Shown here in pieces: positions 43,418 to 55,152 of a stretch of 64,000 bases of DNA. The DNA is taken from NCBI GenBank assembly GCA_964019335.1, contig OZ025706.1, positions 186,001-250,000 on the forward strand, written 5' to 3'. How positions within the stretch are numbered: position 1 is the first letter of the stretch; each line of letters starts with the position of its first letter. This stretch comes from Diplonema japonicum. Lineage: Eukaryota > Protista > Euglenozoa: Diplonemea. The position numbers and the translations under genes were made by a program. The notes under the pieces are model-generated. The model was not told the origin of the DNA. It saw nothing but the letters and a program-made list of their open reading frames with translations, and did no database searches.

Positions 43418-44809
43418 CTATAAAACAGTTTTCCCTCCCTTCTCCAATTCGGCTTGCTTCGCCACTGCCAGCTTTGCGGCCCCGTTGATTATCTCGAAAA
43501 AATCGAACCCCTGGAACTGCACCTGTAGGGACAGTGCAGGGAGGTCGATGGAGGCCCCACGGACAAACGACAGGGAGGACGACAGCACCTCTAAGTGTTC
43601 GAGGATTTCAGGTGTAACAACTACAGATGTTCCTAAGGTCGAGTCGATAGTCTGTTCCATAGCTTCGACTAGCTCTTGATCCTCGCGAATTGCCTTGAAG
43701 ATGAGGCCATCAACCTTGAAGTTCAATCTCCGGAAGAACTTGCCACCTAACGACATTTTCGTCGCAGCTACAGAATTGAAAACATCGACTACTTTCTGAA
43801 CAGCTTTGTAAACACATTTTTCCAACACAAGCCCCCCTGTCCCTGTCACACGCTCGAAGAAATTCCAGTTTATTTTCCCGTCTGACATAAGATCGCTGAA
43901 AGATACTTCCGACGCAAAATTTCCTGTGGCTCTCGTATGTCTTAGCTGCGACAAAGCGTCCTTTACTTGATCTTCAGAGTACTTTCCGAAAATATCTTTT
44001 TTCGTCCGACCTTCTATGATCTCGCCTGTTAAAAGCCGCTCGAGTTTTCCAATAACACCTCCAAGTTTATCCTTCGACACACTGAGCCTTGCGGTCGCGA
44101 TCAGCATGGTCTCCGTTACCTTAATGTCGATTTCCGGTGTCGCGCCTTCCTCCTTTGCACGGGCTGCAAAATATTCTTCAAAATATTTTTTAGCGGACTC
44201 CAGGATGGTATCTGTATTGCGGTTTCTGCTGTCTTTGAGGTCAAATGTAAGGGTTATTGACCCGCCTTCTTGAGCCAGATCTTCAATAGACTTCTCGGGT
44301 TCTTTGCAGGTTAGAGCGACTGAGAAACCTGATGCTGGGTTTTTACAAGCGGACGCGCAGCCTGTAGGGATGTCCAGTGTGAGGGATAGGTTTCGAGGTT
44401 GCGAAGAAGAATCGTCTTTTCCCTTTTTCCAGAATTTTAATTTCGACCCGCCTTTTTCTTTCCGTACCTCTTCAGAGAGGTTGTATTGAGTGATCGTTTG
44501 TATAAAGATTGGGAGGGCTTGTGTTGCACCCTTTTTCAGTTCGTCTAGATTCTCTGTTGCTTCCGACGGGGATTTGTTCCGCCTCCTGTCGATGCCCCCG
44601 CGAACTGTTTCAACATCCTTTTGCACCGTTTCCAGCTTCTTCTCCTGCTCTCGTATTTCTTTCATAAGTTTCGTGATGTTGTCTCTTTTTGCGTCCAGCA
44701 TACAAACCATCTCAGGCAGCTGTTTTCCATAAGCTTCCTCCTCAGCGTACAGCATTTCCCTTACATTGGCAACAGTGTACTTGCTGGGGTCTGATTCGAG
44801 AGACGCCAT
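43418..44809 (-). CDS. Hypothetical protein with N-terminal coiled coil (463 aa)
   Basis: Long clean ORF; no recognised motif. Confidence 0.75.
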   Translation of the reverse strand: MASLESDPSKYTVANVREMLYAEEEAYGKQLPEMVCMLDAKRDNITKLMKEIREQEKKLETVQKDVETVRGGIDRRRNKSPSEATENLDELKKGATQALPIFIQTITQYNLSEEVRKEKGGSKLKFWKKGKDDSSSQPRNLSLTLDIPTGCASACKNPASGFSVALTCKEPEKSIEDLAQEGGSITLTFDLKDSRNRNTDTILESAKKYFEEYFAARAKEEGATPEIDIKVTETMLIATARLSVSKDKLGGVIGKLERLLTGEIIEGRTKKDIFGKYSEDQVKDALSQLRHTRATGNFASEVSFSDLMSDGKINWNFFERVTGTGGLVLEKCVYKAVQKVVDVFNSVAATKMSLGGKFFRRLNFKVDGLIFKAIREDQELVEAMEQTIDSTLGTSVVVTPEILEHLEVLSSSLSFVRGASIDLPALSLQVQFQGFDFFEIINGAAKLAVAKQAELEKGGKTVL

Positions 44810-45796
44810 AACACCCTCCCCGCCCCCTTTATTTGAACTTTCTTTAAAAAAATGTTTTTAGAGAAAAAAAAAAAAAGGTCAAAGAAAGGGGGAGGGGAGG
44901 GGATGAAGGGCCATTAGAATTTCCTTAAAAAAATACTGGGAGGGGGGAGGGGGTATTTTTTTTTTCTTTTTTGATAATCACAATTACAATGAAGTGTTTG
45001 CCGTTAATCATCAAAAAAAAAGAAGGCCGTCCTTGCACAATTTTTTTTTTTTATTTAAATAGGACTTCCAGCTGGCAACCCTTACCCTCCCACCACTCGA
45101 GCTACGATGGCAAAGGACGCGATAAACGAAGTCGGGGGGGGGGGGGGTTTCTTATCCCCCCCCCCCCCCCCCCCCACGCTTTTTCACCATCACAACTCTG
45201 GAGGGAATGAAAATCGAAAGGGGGTGGGGGTAATATTGAAAAATGGGGAAGGGACATTTTTTTTTTTTTCTTCCATCCTTAGATATGCTAGAAGAAACGA
45301 TGGGGAGGGAACGCAGGTGGTGTTTTCCCCTCTTTTTTACTCTTCAAACTACCATAAAATCTTTTTTGTCACAAAGGTTTCTCTTTTCTCCGTTCTGTTG
45401 TTCTTTCTAGTACCTGTCTGTGCTTCTCAAGATTACAGCCCGACCTTGCCCCCCCCCCCCCTTTTTTTCTTTTCATTTCTTTCTTTTTTTTTCACACACC
45501 TCAAAAATACTATAGTGTCCAAAAGCAGCTTTTTTTTTTCTCTTTTCTTTTTTTTTTTTTTTCCCGAAAAAAAAAAAAAAAAAAAAAAAAAAAACTTTCG
45601 ACACAACAGAAGTATGAAGTATTGTGCAGTAGCTATTCAACAAAATGGTAAAAACGAGAAGAAAAAAAAAAAATAGAGGGAATTTTTTTGAATGGTGTTT
45701 TTTTTTTTTTTTTCTTTTTTTCTTTCTTTTCTTTTTCTTTTTTTTTTTTCCTGGGCATGCAACGTGTCTGCACGAACATGGGCACCAGTTGAAATA

Positions 45797-46041
45797 TGAG
45801 CTCGTCCGGAAAAAAAAAAATAACCAATGACCTTTATTTAAATGGGGTGGGGGGGGGGGGGGAATACTGCCACTTTGGCCGATTTTAGGCTAAAATCCCT
45901 TAAAGCCCCTTAAAAAAAAGCAAAATTTTCAATTTTTAAGTTTTATGCCCCCCCCCCCCCTTTTTTTTTTACTCAAATAATCAAAACAAAAAATTCGAAG
46001 CTGTCAAGAAAAGTGTCGGCATTTTAATCCGGACAAGCTCA
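45797..46041. mobile_element. MITE, TA-flanked, copy B (245 bp; internally deleted relative of 31659..32681)
   Basis: TIRs TGAGCT(C/T)GTCCGGA, TA flanks; shares AATACTGCCA.TTTGGCC.ATTTTAGGCTAAAATCCC and CTCAAATAATCAAAACAA with copy A. Confidence 0.8.
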
Positions 46042-46828
46042 TATTATATTAAAAAAAAAATATATAAAAAAGAGAGAGAGATAGAGTGCGTGCAGTGATA
46101 CCCAGCAGGAAGAAGAAGAAATAGAAGACACAGACGAAAGGGAAGAAAAGAAAAATACCTTTGAACGGGAGGCAAAAGAGGAGCAGAAGTACAAGTAAAA
46201 AAAAAGGGAGGGGGGACCTTGTTTTTTTTTTTTTGCCTTGATGACATGACTACAAGAAAGAGTAAGAAAGGCGTTTGGGAGTGTGAAAAATGTCGATGGG
46301 GCGAGACCGCCGACTCCTTCGCACAAAGAATCTAAGCTAGCCTAAGAAAACTATTTTAATTTTGTTTATGGAGTATATGGAAGGGGGGGGGGGGGGGGGG
46401 TGGGATATTGGAGTAAAGATGAAACAAAAAATAAAAGGGGGGGGATGATACGTTTGTGTTTTCCTACTTCTTCCTCTGTTTCTTCCTCTTTCCTCTTCCT
46501 GCTTTGTTCACTGCAATCAAAACACACTTTCTCCCCCCCCCCCCCCCTCGATTTTCTTTTTCTTTTTTTTTTTAGTCTTTTTTTATTATTCTTTGCTCAG
46601 TTGGAGCTGACATATAAAGTACCTATCGATAAAAAAAATAAATATAAAAAAAAAAAGAAAAAAAAAGTTTTATACTGTAAGGTGAAAAATAATGTGAAGT
46701 GTGCTGTTACCTACTTAAATCTCCTTTTTTTCTCTTTTTTTTTCTCTTTTTTCCCCTTTCGCTTTACGGTACTTTTTTTTTTCGTTTTTCTTTTTTTCCT
46801 GTTTTTCCTTCTCTGGACACCCAGCAAG

Positions 46829-46873
<45 letters not shown>

Positions 46874-47998
46874 CGAAGAGATGGGAAGCAGAAAACCATT
46901 GGATTGCATATAGACCCTCAAATTCAATAGCGAAAAAGAGCAATGGGTAGAAGAAGGAAACAAGAAGAGAAGAAAAGAGAAAGCAGAAGAAAAAGAGGGT
47001 TTTAAAATTAAGGTTACACACATCTGAATGTGTAACCAAAAAAAAAGTTCATTTTCTTCTTTTCTTTTTTTCCTTTCTTTCTTTTTTCTTTTCTCTCTTC
47101 TTTTTTTTTTTTTTCCCTCTCCCCCTTTAAAAGAAATGCTCAAGGCAGCCGAAGGGGAAAAAAGGCGCTCACGCAACTAGAATAGGAGGGGGGAGAGGGG
47201 TTTCTTTCTCTGTTTTTTTTTGTTTTTGCTTTTGTTTTTGGTTTTTGGTTTTTGGTTTTTTTTTTTTTTTTTCAAATCACACAACAACAATACAAGAAAG
47301 AAAAAAAGAGGAACTGTACGTGCTGGGTAAAACCTGGAAGTTTGTCAACCCAAAACACGTTGCCAACGTTCCCCTTTTGTTTAGACAGGTCAAAGACTCG
47401 TTCCTGCAAAAAAAACTAAACTACGACGAGCTAATTCAACCTGTGTGCGAGGAAGGGGAAGCTTTTTTTTTTTTTTTCCGTGCACGCTGCCAGGAATGTG
47501 TCTGGTACTGACAATGTTAATATCGTAAATACAGATGAGAGGGAAGGAGGGGAAACAACTGGCTAGGTGAAATCTAAAAAATAAAAATAAAAATAAAAAT
47601 AAAAAAAAAAGAACAAAGAAAGGCGTCAGTGTTGACTTGCTTCAGTCGGAGTGCGAGGAAAAAAAAAAAAAAAAAAAAAAAAAAAGGGAAAAAAAAGAGA
47701 GAAATCTTTTTTTTTTTTTTCTTTTTTTTTTTTTCAAAGTTCTTTATTCAACCAAATCGGCACCAACAGCAAAGTGGACTATTTTCCTTTCTTTTTCCCA
47801 CTTTTTTTTTCCCTCCCTTTTTATTTGTCTTTTTCCTTTTTTTTTTTTTTTTTTTTTTTTTAATTCTCTCTTCACGCCAGTGCAGTTGCGTCTGTCAATG
47901 CTTTGAGAAAAAAAAGGGGGGCGCGAAGGGGGGGAAATGAGGAACAAAACTGAAAAATGGTACTCAATGGGACATAACATACATAAAGCACACTACGG

Positions 47999-48033
<35 letters not shown>

Positions 48034-48327
48034 ACCTCTTAATTGCTTTTTTTGCTTTGTTTTTGTTTTTGCAGAATTTCACGGCTTAAACAACTCGGAA
48101 TGCGTTGATCTCATGCACAAAAGATTTTTTCAAGAAACAAAAAAAAAAAAAAAATACAGAATACAATTAAGAGGCTTACAGTAACACTACACACCCCCAA
48201 TATGTCCGTTGTAAACTATAAAAAAAAAAAAAAAAAAAAAAAAAAACACTTCGCCGCCCTCAGACAGACTCATTTAAAAAAAAAAGATTTTTGTATTCCC
48301 CCTACCCTGTAGGAGCCCCGGACAAGA

Positions 48328-48563
48328 TCACTTCAATCCAGGGCTCCCCAGGCTGCTTGACGCGATGACGTCAACAAGACGCTCCATCTGCTGTGCGATC
48401 GACCGGCTTTCCTGCTTGAGCTCGTTGATGGACTTAGCCATGGTGGCCTCGAGACTGTCGATCCTCTTGGAAAGAGAAGCATGCCCATCCTCAGAAACCT
48501 CATGCATCTCAGAAAGCCGGTTTTTCAACACAGACGACTCCATTTTCCAGGCGTCCGAGTTTT

Positions 48564-48595
<32 letters not shown>

Positions 48596-50024
48596 CCCTT
48601 CAAAATACCTGTATCCTGTTGTTAAGCATGGTCGACTGCCTTTTCAATGAACTCTGTAAATCGCCGAACGCGGAATGAAGATTCACGGTGGAACCGGACA
48701 TTTGGGAGAGGTTACCCACGGTGCTTGCGATGCTGGCGTTGACATTGCCCTCAGAAGATGCTGCCCCACCCGACACAGTACGCGGGCTTGGAGTCCGTTC
48801 AGACGGCGGTGGCGTTGCCTTAACAACTGTCTTTGGCCGCGTGTACCCGACAGACGTGTCAGCAAAACTCGTGGATGTACCGATAGAAGTGCACGTTGTG
48901 GTGACAGATTCGTCGATTTTCAACCGGGCTTTCAACGCATCGAAGTCTATCTCCCCTGCCATGGCATCTTCCTGTGCTAGCCAAACGTTGGTGTCCTCGG
49001 TGCTTTCATATTCAGAATCTTCGTTTTCAGATGACGACCGTGTGTATTCACTTTCGTCTTTTGTCCAGATGGACACTTTGCATTCAATATCAGATGGGAG
49101 GGATAGTTTTAATATGTCGTGGCTTAGCTTGGTTTCCTCGTCGCCGTGACCGCCGAATAGATATAAAGCATCGTTTGTGTATTTTAAAGAGTGGCCTGTC
49201 CGGTTCTCGGGGGGGAGGGAGACGGGGACGAATGCCCATGCGCAGGTGTTGTCGTCGCTGTTGATCTTGCACACGTACAGCTCGTTGTACTTGCAATGGT
49301 CGTCTTGCCCCCCGAACATAAAAATCAAATCTCTTTCAACATCGATGGTTATTGCCATCCCATACCTCGGCATGGGTGGACGGGTAGGGCCGACCGGGGT
49401 CACGATCGACCACTCCAGCGTAGACAAATTCAATCTGTGTAAATCGTTATAGTTCGTGGTGTCCTTGCAACCCCCGAATATGTAAAGGTACGAGCTGGTA
49501 ATACACGACGAGTGGCAGTAACGCGGCGACGGTGCTACACCCTGTGTGTCAGGCGATGCCCATTGCTTCGTTGGTACGTGGTACAACCATAAATCACCGA
49601 ATTCCTCATCGTTGTCGCAGCCACCATAAACATACATAACACTATTGGAACAAGATGCGGTGTGGTAGAATCGTGGCGGGACATCGCATTCTGTGTCTTC
49701 TGTCGTCCATTGTCCAGTGTCGCATTCCATGCATCTTGTTTTGTTGTAGGCTTCTCCTGCTGCGGACATGCCTCCGTATATAATCATGGAGTTGCCGCAG
49801 ATGACTGCCGTGTGGCCTTCGCTTTCGATTCCGCCGGTACCTACTTCACACCAACCTTGTTTTTCGGAGAAGGACCATACGTCACCCAGCTGGCCCACAC
49901 CGCCGTTTCCCTCGAATGTGTGCCCCCCGTATACAATCAGCTCGTCGCCCCACTTCACACAGCTGTGGCAGTCCCTTGTCATGGGGCACACCACCCTTTC
50001 CACTTTATTCCACTTCAACTCCAT
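48328..50024 (-). CDS. Kelch-repeat protein with C-terminal coiled coil, 2 exons
   Basis: Six R.xH...(Y/F)GG...W units. Intron 48565..48608 (GTATTT...AAAAAG, phase 0) joins NRIQ|ENSDAW. Confidence 0.85.
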
Positions 50025-50412
50025 TTATTAAAAAAGAAAAAAAAAGTGGGGACAATATATAGAAAAAAAAAAAATTTTTTTTTGTATTATATCAGAACTT
50101 CGTGTTCATATGGGTTTCCTCTTTTTTCTTTTTTTTTGTCTGGTCTCGGGAAAATGAGATAAGCCTGAGATATGACAAAAGAAAAAAAGGAGGAGAGAGA
50201 AGAAGAAGAAGAAGAAGAAGAAGAAGAGGGGGGGTGGGGAAAAGAAGAAGGGTTTGTATGGCCGGGAGGTATAATCCCTTCCAACCCCTCCTTTTTTATT
50301 TTATTTTATATTGCGTCTCACCTCCCCCTCCCCCTCCCCCTCCCTTTTTCTTTTCTTCCTGTTTTTTTTTTTTTTTGTGTGATATAAAAAAAAATCGTTT
50401 TTTTTTTTTTAA

Positions 50413-52197
50413 CCCCTAAACGCCCGCGCGGACGTTTTTGTCCTTATTTCAAAATTTGCTTTTTCGCTAAGTACTTTTTTTTGAACACGGCCCCTGGACT
50501 TCAAAATATGGCATTGTTGCGCGGTTTATTTTGTCTTGGAACTACATTTTGCGTTAAAAGTTTTATTTTAATTGAAACCGGCAGGGTTGGCTTAAAATGA
50601 AATCAGATGGTCAAAATAGCAGCGAAAACGTGAGTCTCCCCCGACTGGTCAGAAAAAGAAGAAAAAGACGATGAGGCGGTCAAAGAGGGGCCGGAAACGA
50701 TGCTTGGGTGGGAGAAATACTCCCAAAGGCCCGAAACATATCATTTCCGTAAAAAGGTGGGCTTAGGACACCTCTAGGTGAAGCGGCCAATGAGGAGGGT
50801 GTTTTTAATCTTTTTTTTTACACACGCGGTACTTGAGCTCATAGTTTCTTCCACGAACGGTCGTTTCGATTCAAAAAAACAGCGGAATCTGAATCTTTCC
50901 ATCCCAGAGTACAAAATTTGGCTTGGGTTGGTCCTGTTAATGGGTTTACGCTCGGCACCGAACATGAAGAGCTACTGGACAACAAATTCTAATTTAACCA
51001 TCCCGGCTTTTGAGAAAATGGGCAAACCGATTCGTTGACATACAGCGCTACCTCACCTTTGACAACCTGGAAAGCATTTGGAAGGCCTGAAACTGCACCT
51101 CATGCGCAGGTTTCTTGACATCATTGTCAACCGGTGTAGGACTGTGCGGACCCCTGGCAAGTGGTTGTCTGTTGACGACAGTGTTATCCCGACAACAATA
51201 AAAGTCATGGAACCACGAAAAAGCAACTCGGTGGGCATCAAGGTAATCGCTACATGCGACTCATAAAACTGTTACCTGGCGAATTTCAACATTTTCAGCA
51301 AGAAGTCCACAACACAGGACCTAGTCATGCGTACTGTCGACTCCTAAGGGTTTGCTGTCGACCCCTGACCTGCAAGACCAGCTCCAGGGGACTGGAGTTC
51401 GGCATATGAAAACCCGGAAGTGGACCATGGTCGTTTTTTATTGGGTCCTGGAAAGCTGTGTTGCCAACCCCTCCATAATCTGGAAGAAGAGCAGGGAATG
51501 TGGCAAAAATTATGGCTTCCCGAGCTTCAAAGAAGAACTTGTTGGCAAGCTTCTCACCCATGCCCCCAAAACCGATAGCACACACCCCCCGACAACACCG
51601 TCACCGACCCCCAAGCGCAAACACGCTAGCAATGAGGATTCCCTCACTCAGAAATACCCAAAACGTCTCGATTTGACCCTAAATCACACCTCCGAGACCA
51701 TGATGAACGGAACGAAGGCGAGGAGGGTGCTCTATGCTGTTCCTGGGTGCGGGAAGAAGGTGCAAACGTGGTGCCCCTGTTGCAAAATCCCCTTATGCAA
51801 AACGTGTTTTTTACCCTTGCATGCTACCCCAGCTGGAAAAAAAACTCACAAGTTGCTTTTTTCATCCCACAGCCCCAAAAAGTCTCCAGACTGACCTCAA
51901 TCCTAGAGTTCAGGGCACCAAATAGGGCTGAATGCTGCCCTATTTACCCCAGCCATAACTCCACGGACCCCCCACGACAAGACCCCCCAAAATCGGACAT
52001 AAAAAGTACACCTTCAATCCCCCTCTTACACACATAGTTAAGTGTTCTCATCTGAATCTGGCACCTGGAATTGAAAATTTTAGTACCGTTTACCCTTTCC
52101 TTGCACCTTCCTATGGTTGCATGCTGCCCTTTTTTTGAGTATTTAAAGCAACAACGAAAATGGGGGGTACCGTAGATAGGCTCCGGGCGTTTAGGGG
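50413..52197 (+). mobile_element. Decayed piggyBac transposon (1785 bp) with transposase pseudogene
   Basis: Perfect 14-bp TIRs CCCCTAAACGCCCG (50413..50426 and 52184..52197), flanked by TTAA and TTAT. Fragments WLGLVLLMG...SYW, LSVDDSVIP, GIKV...CDS, KWTMVVFYW and Cys-rich tail WCPCCKIPLCKTCF..H; several stops and frameshifts. Confidence 0.9.
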
Positions 52198-52256
52198 TTA
52201 TACGAAAAAAAAATTAAAAAAAAAATCACTATTTAAGTTAAGGGAAGGGGAACTAT

Positions 52257-53705
52257 CTATACCAAGGACCCCACCCGTCGAGGTTCCAACTGAGGGGGAG
52301 GGGTTACCGCACCGTGGGTGGATCGTACCTCGCAGCCGTCGGTCACGATCTTGCCCTCTAACTCCACCGTCACGCAGAACCATGTTGCGGTGCACGAGAA
52401 GGCAGCCACGAAAACTACCATAATACTGAAAATAGCAGCGGTGTCTGGGCTCCCCGAAGCGGCCACAGCCAAGAGAACAACGCAGAAAACAGAAGGAAGC
52501 CCCGTTGCAGCAACAAGCCCAACGGTACCAAACGGGATCTTAAAGGGTCGCTTCAAGTCCGGGAAGTGCACCCTAAGCCACACCGCGGAGAAGAATATCA
52601 ACAACAGCCTTGCACTGTAAAGCATCTGACCCACGTCAATGAGAACTGAGAATTCCATCGAAAGCGACAAGAGAAGCGTGATGAAACTATTGAACAGAAT
52701 TGCGTTAACAGGTGTACGGTACACCGGGTGGATACGCCGTAACGGGACCGACACGGAGTCGGGTAGTACTCCGAGCATTGCAATTCCCTGTATGGCACGG
52801 GAGGTCGTGCAGATCACTGCGGTCATGAACCCGAAGCAAGACACAACTCCTCCTAGTTTCATGAACCCTTTGAGCCATGATCCGCCTGCTTCTTCAGCAA
52901 CAATCGCCCAGTACCCGGGAACCCATTCTTCAGGAGGGTGCTTTCCGGTGCCAACGGCGGACAGAACCGGTAACACGTACACCACCTCTGTTATGATTAA
53001 TAGTGAGACAAAACCTTTTACCAGTGTTCTGCCCGGGCTTTGCACTTCCTCTACAATGTGCCCCGCACCGTCGAACCCAGACATGTTCCACGACAGTAAT
53101 GGGAGGAATTTACCCCAGTTGGGTGACGATGCTGGAACATGCGTGAGTACTGTTTTAAAACCAATCTCCGGTGCCTTCAAAAGAAACACCAGCAAAAAAG
53201 GCAGGATGGTTAAGATCATGAAAACCGACCCGGAGTTCCCCACAACATCGATGCCCATGATGTTAACCGCGGTGCTAAGGAGGACTGCAGTAGCCTTGGT
53301 TACGGCGAGGGAGAACGGCGAAGAAGAAGGTGTGAAGATATACGTTGTCAGGAGGTTGGGGTAAAGCGAGTTGTCCACGAAGTTCGCGATCCCTGTGATC
53401 CCTACGAACGTCAGTGTAAGCCATGTTGGTGACGTGAGGTTGACCCACATTACAGCGCCCGCGTTGGATGGGATGCTTGTTGCGAGCTCAGCCACGACAA
53501 GTGCAGTGGGCAGCCCCCACACCCAAGGCGTGCCCATTACTCCTACAATCGTCCAGAACCCACCACCACTCCTCACACATTCTTCTATCCCGTAGGCCCC
53601 TCCTATGGTCGCGACGAAGAGCAGCCCCACCAGTTGCACCACCGAGAGGGACGGGTTCGGCGTCACTGTTTCTTCTTCTTTGCTCTCGCATATGAATTTG
53701 CTCAT
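52257..53705 (-). CDS. APC-superfamily amino acid/polyamine transporter
   Basis: About 12 hydrophobic segments; GGAYGIEE, AELATSIP, WNMSGFD, HPVYRTP, RPFKIP. Confidence 0.9.
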   Translation of the reverse strand: MSKFICESKEEETVTPNPSLSVVQLVGLLFVATIGGAYGIEECVRSGGGFWTIVGVMGTPWVWGLPTALVVAELATSIPSNAGAVMWVNLTSPTWLTLTFVGITGIANFVDNSLYPNLLTTYIFTPSSSPFSLAVTKATAVLLSTAVNIMGIDVVGNSGSVFMILTILPFLLVFLLKAPEIGFKTVLTHVPASSPNWGKFLPLLSWNMSGFDGAGHIVEEVQSPGRTLVKGFVSLLIITEVVYVLPVLSAVGTGKHPPEEWVPGYWAIVAEEAGGSWLKGFMKLGGVVSCFGFMTAVICTTSRAIQGIAMLGVLPDSVSVPLRRIHPVYRTPVNAILFNSFITLLLSLSMEFSVLIDVGQMLYSARLLLIFFSAVWLRVHFPDLKRPFKIPFGTVGLVAATGLPSVFCVVLLAVAASGSPDTAAIFSIMVVFVAAFSCTATWFCVTVELEGKIVTDGCEVRSTHGAVTPPPQLEPRRVGSLV

Positions 53706-53865
53706 ATTATTTGCATTGCTTTTTTTTTTTCTCTTTTTTTTTTGTTCACCTTTGCAAGGGTTAGCAAAAAAAAAGAAAAAGAATGGGGGGGGAAAAAAAA
53801 GGGGGGGTGGTATACATTGTCTACAAAAAAAAAAAGAAAATATTACAAAAAATAAAATAATAAAT

Positions 53866-54999
53866 TCAATAGAGGAGACCATCAAGACGTCGTCTCACCT
53901 CGAACCCCTTTTGCCGTACCCTTTGTTCCTTCACGGCTGCTCGTTTGGCTTCGATGGTTTCAACGAAGGCGTTCCACTCCCCGCGTGCGGGGTGGTCCGG
54001 AGAGGGGAGTTTGATCTGAGGTCCATTGAGGTCGGCCTCCCACTGCCCACGGAGCGATTCAAGTGTCGCTGCTTCCGTGGCTCGGGAATCGCAGAGTGAC
54101 TTGTGTTCAGCTTTCAAAGCGGCAATTTTTTTGTCCCGCCGCTTCCCCCTTTTGCGGTGTACTGAAAGCTCTGCAAGGATATCTTGAATAATAGGCGTGG
54201 TGTAGGTGTGCAAGGAAGCCCTGTCGGCTATTTCACAGGCTTCTACAAAGCTCCTTTTCGATATTTCACGCCATGTGATGTCCTCGACTCGTTCGCAGTA
54301 CGCTCTTTTCTTCGCCTCTCTTCCCACGGTCTTCGCCGCCCTCCCCCTTACGACGAGCAACCGCATGCCTGCAGCCAACATGTTCTTCCTGTACAGATCT
54401 TGCCTCCCCTCGATTCCCGCTCGCCCACAGACTTCTTTTTTGAGCAGAACGGCAACAGATCCAGCATTGTCATTGGTTTGCATGTGATATACGTCTTCAA
54501 ATTTCTTCTTCGGGTGGTACATCCCCTCCGCTTTTATTTCGTTGAGCGATGTCCTGACAAAATGGGTGAACGGGGGTATCATGTATAACCCGGTAGACAG
54601 TGGATATGCTACTGTGACGTTTAGAAGGGCGACGTGGTGCGATGGGGGTGGGGTTGTGTGTGCGATGATGGGTGCTGACCATCCGCATTGTGCGCCACCA
54701 GGGACGCCCTGTAAGTTGGTGACTACGTACATTTTCATTGGGTGTGCCCTGTACAAGCACCCTCCCACCCAGCAGCTCACCAGTTCTTTCACGACGCTCT
54801 TTCCTTCCAGTCCCCCTGCCCAGACGCCGTAGCAGCAGAGCCATTTCTCTTTCTTCATCGCCTCCTCTACGCACTCTTCGACCCTCCCCCACTGCCTCGA
54901 CTCCAACCAACATTTCGCCACACGTGCAACTCCAGCACCTCCCGTTTTCCCCTGCAGCACAGTGGGCGGAGGGAAGGTCGCTTTGTCGATGTTTTTCAT
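53866..54999 (-). CDS. Hypothetical protein (377 aa)
   Basis: Open frame from MKNID after an A-run; no recognised motif. Confidence 0.6.
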   Translation of the reverse strand: MKNIDKATFPPPTVLQGKTGGAGVARVAKCWLESRQWGRVEECVEEAMKKEKWLCCYGVWAGGLEGKSVVKELVSCWVGGCLYRAHPMKMYVVTNLQGVPGGAQCGWSAPIIAHTTPPPSHHVALLNVTVAYPLSTGLYMIPPFTHFVRTSLNEIKAEGMYHPKKKFEDVYHMQTNDNAGSVAVLLKKEVCGRAGIEGRQDLYRKNMLAAGMRLLVVRGRAAKTVGREAKKRAYCERVEDITWREISKRSFVEACEIADRASLHTYTTPIIQDILAELSVHRKRGKRRDKKIAALKAEHKSLCDSRATEAATLESLRGQWEADLNGPQIKLPSPDHPARGEWNAFVETIEAKRAAVKEQRVRQKGFEVRRRLDGLLY

Positions 55000-55152
55000 T
55001 TTTTTTTTTTTTTTTTTTTTCCTCTCCCCCTTCTGAAAGTTCATAAGAAAAATTTAAAAAAAACGAGGAGAAAAATAAAACACAAAAAAAAAAAAAAAAA
55101 AAGAAAGAAAACACAAAAATCTATTATAACTTCAAAAACGATACACCTTTTA

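Noticed and set aside
30873-48000. Many poly-Lys/poly-Phe/poly-Gly/poly-Pro ORFs in the track
   Set aside because: Translations of intergenic homopolymer runs.
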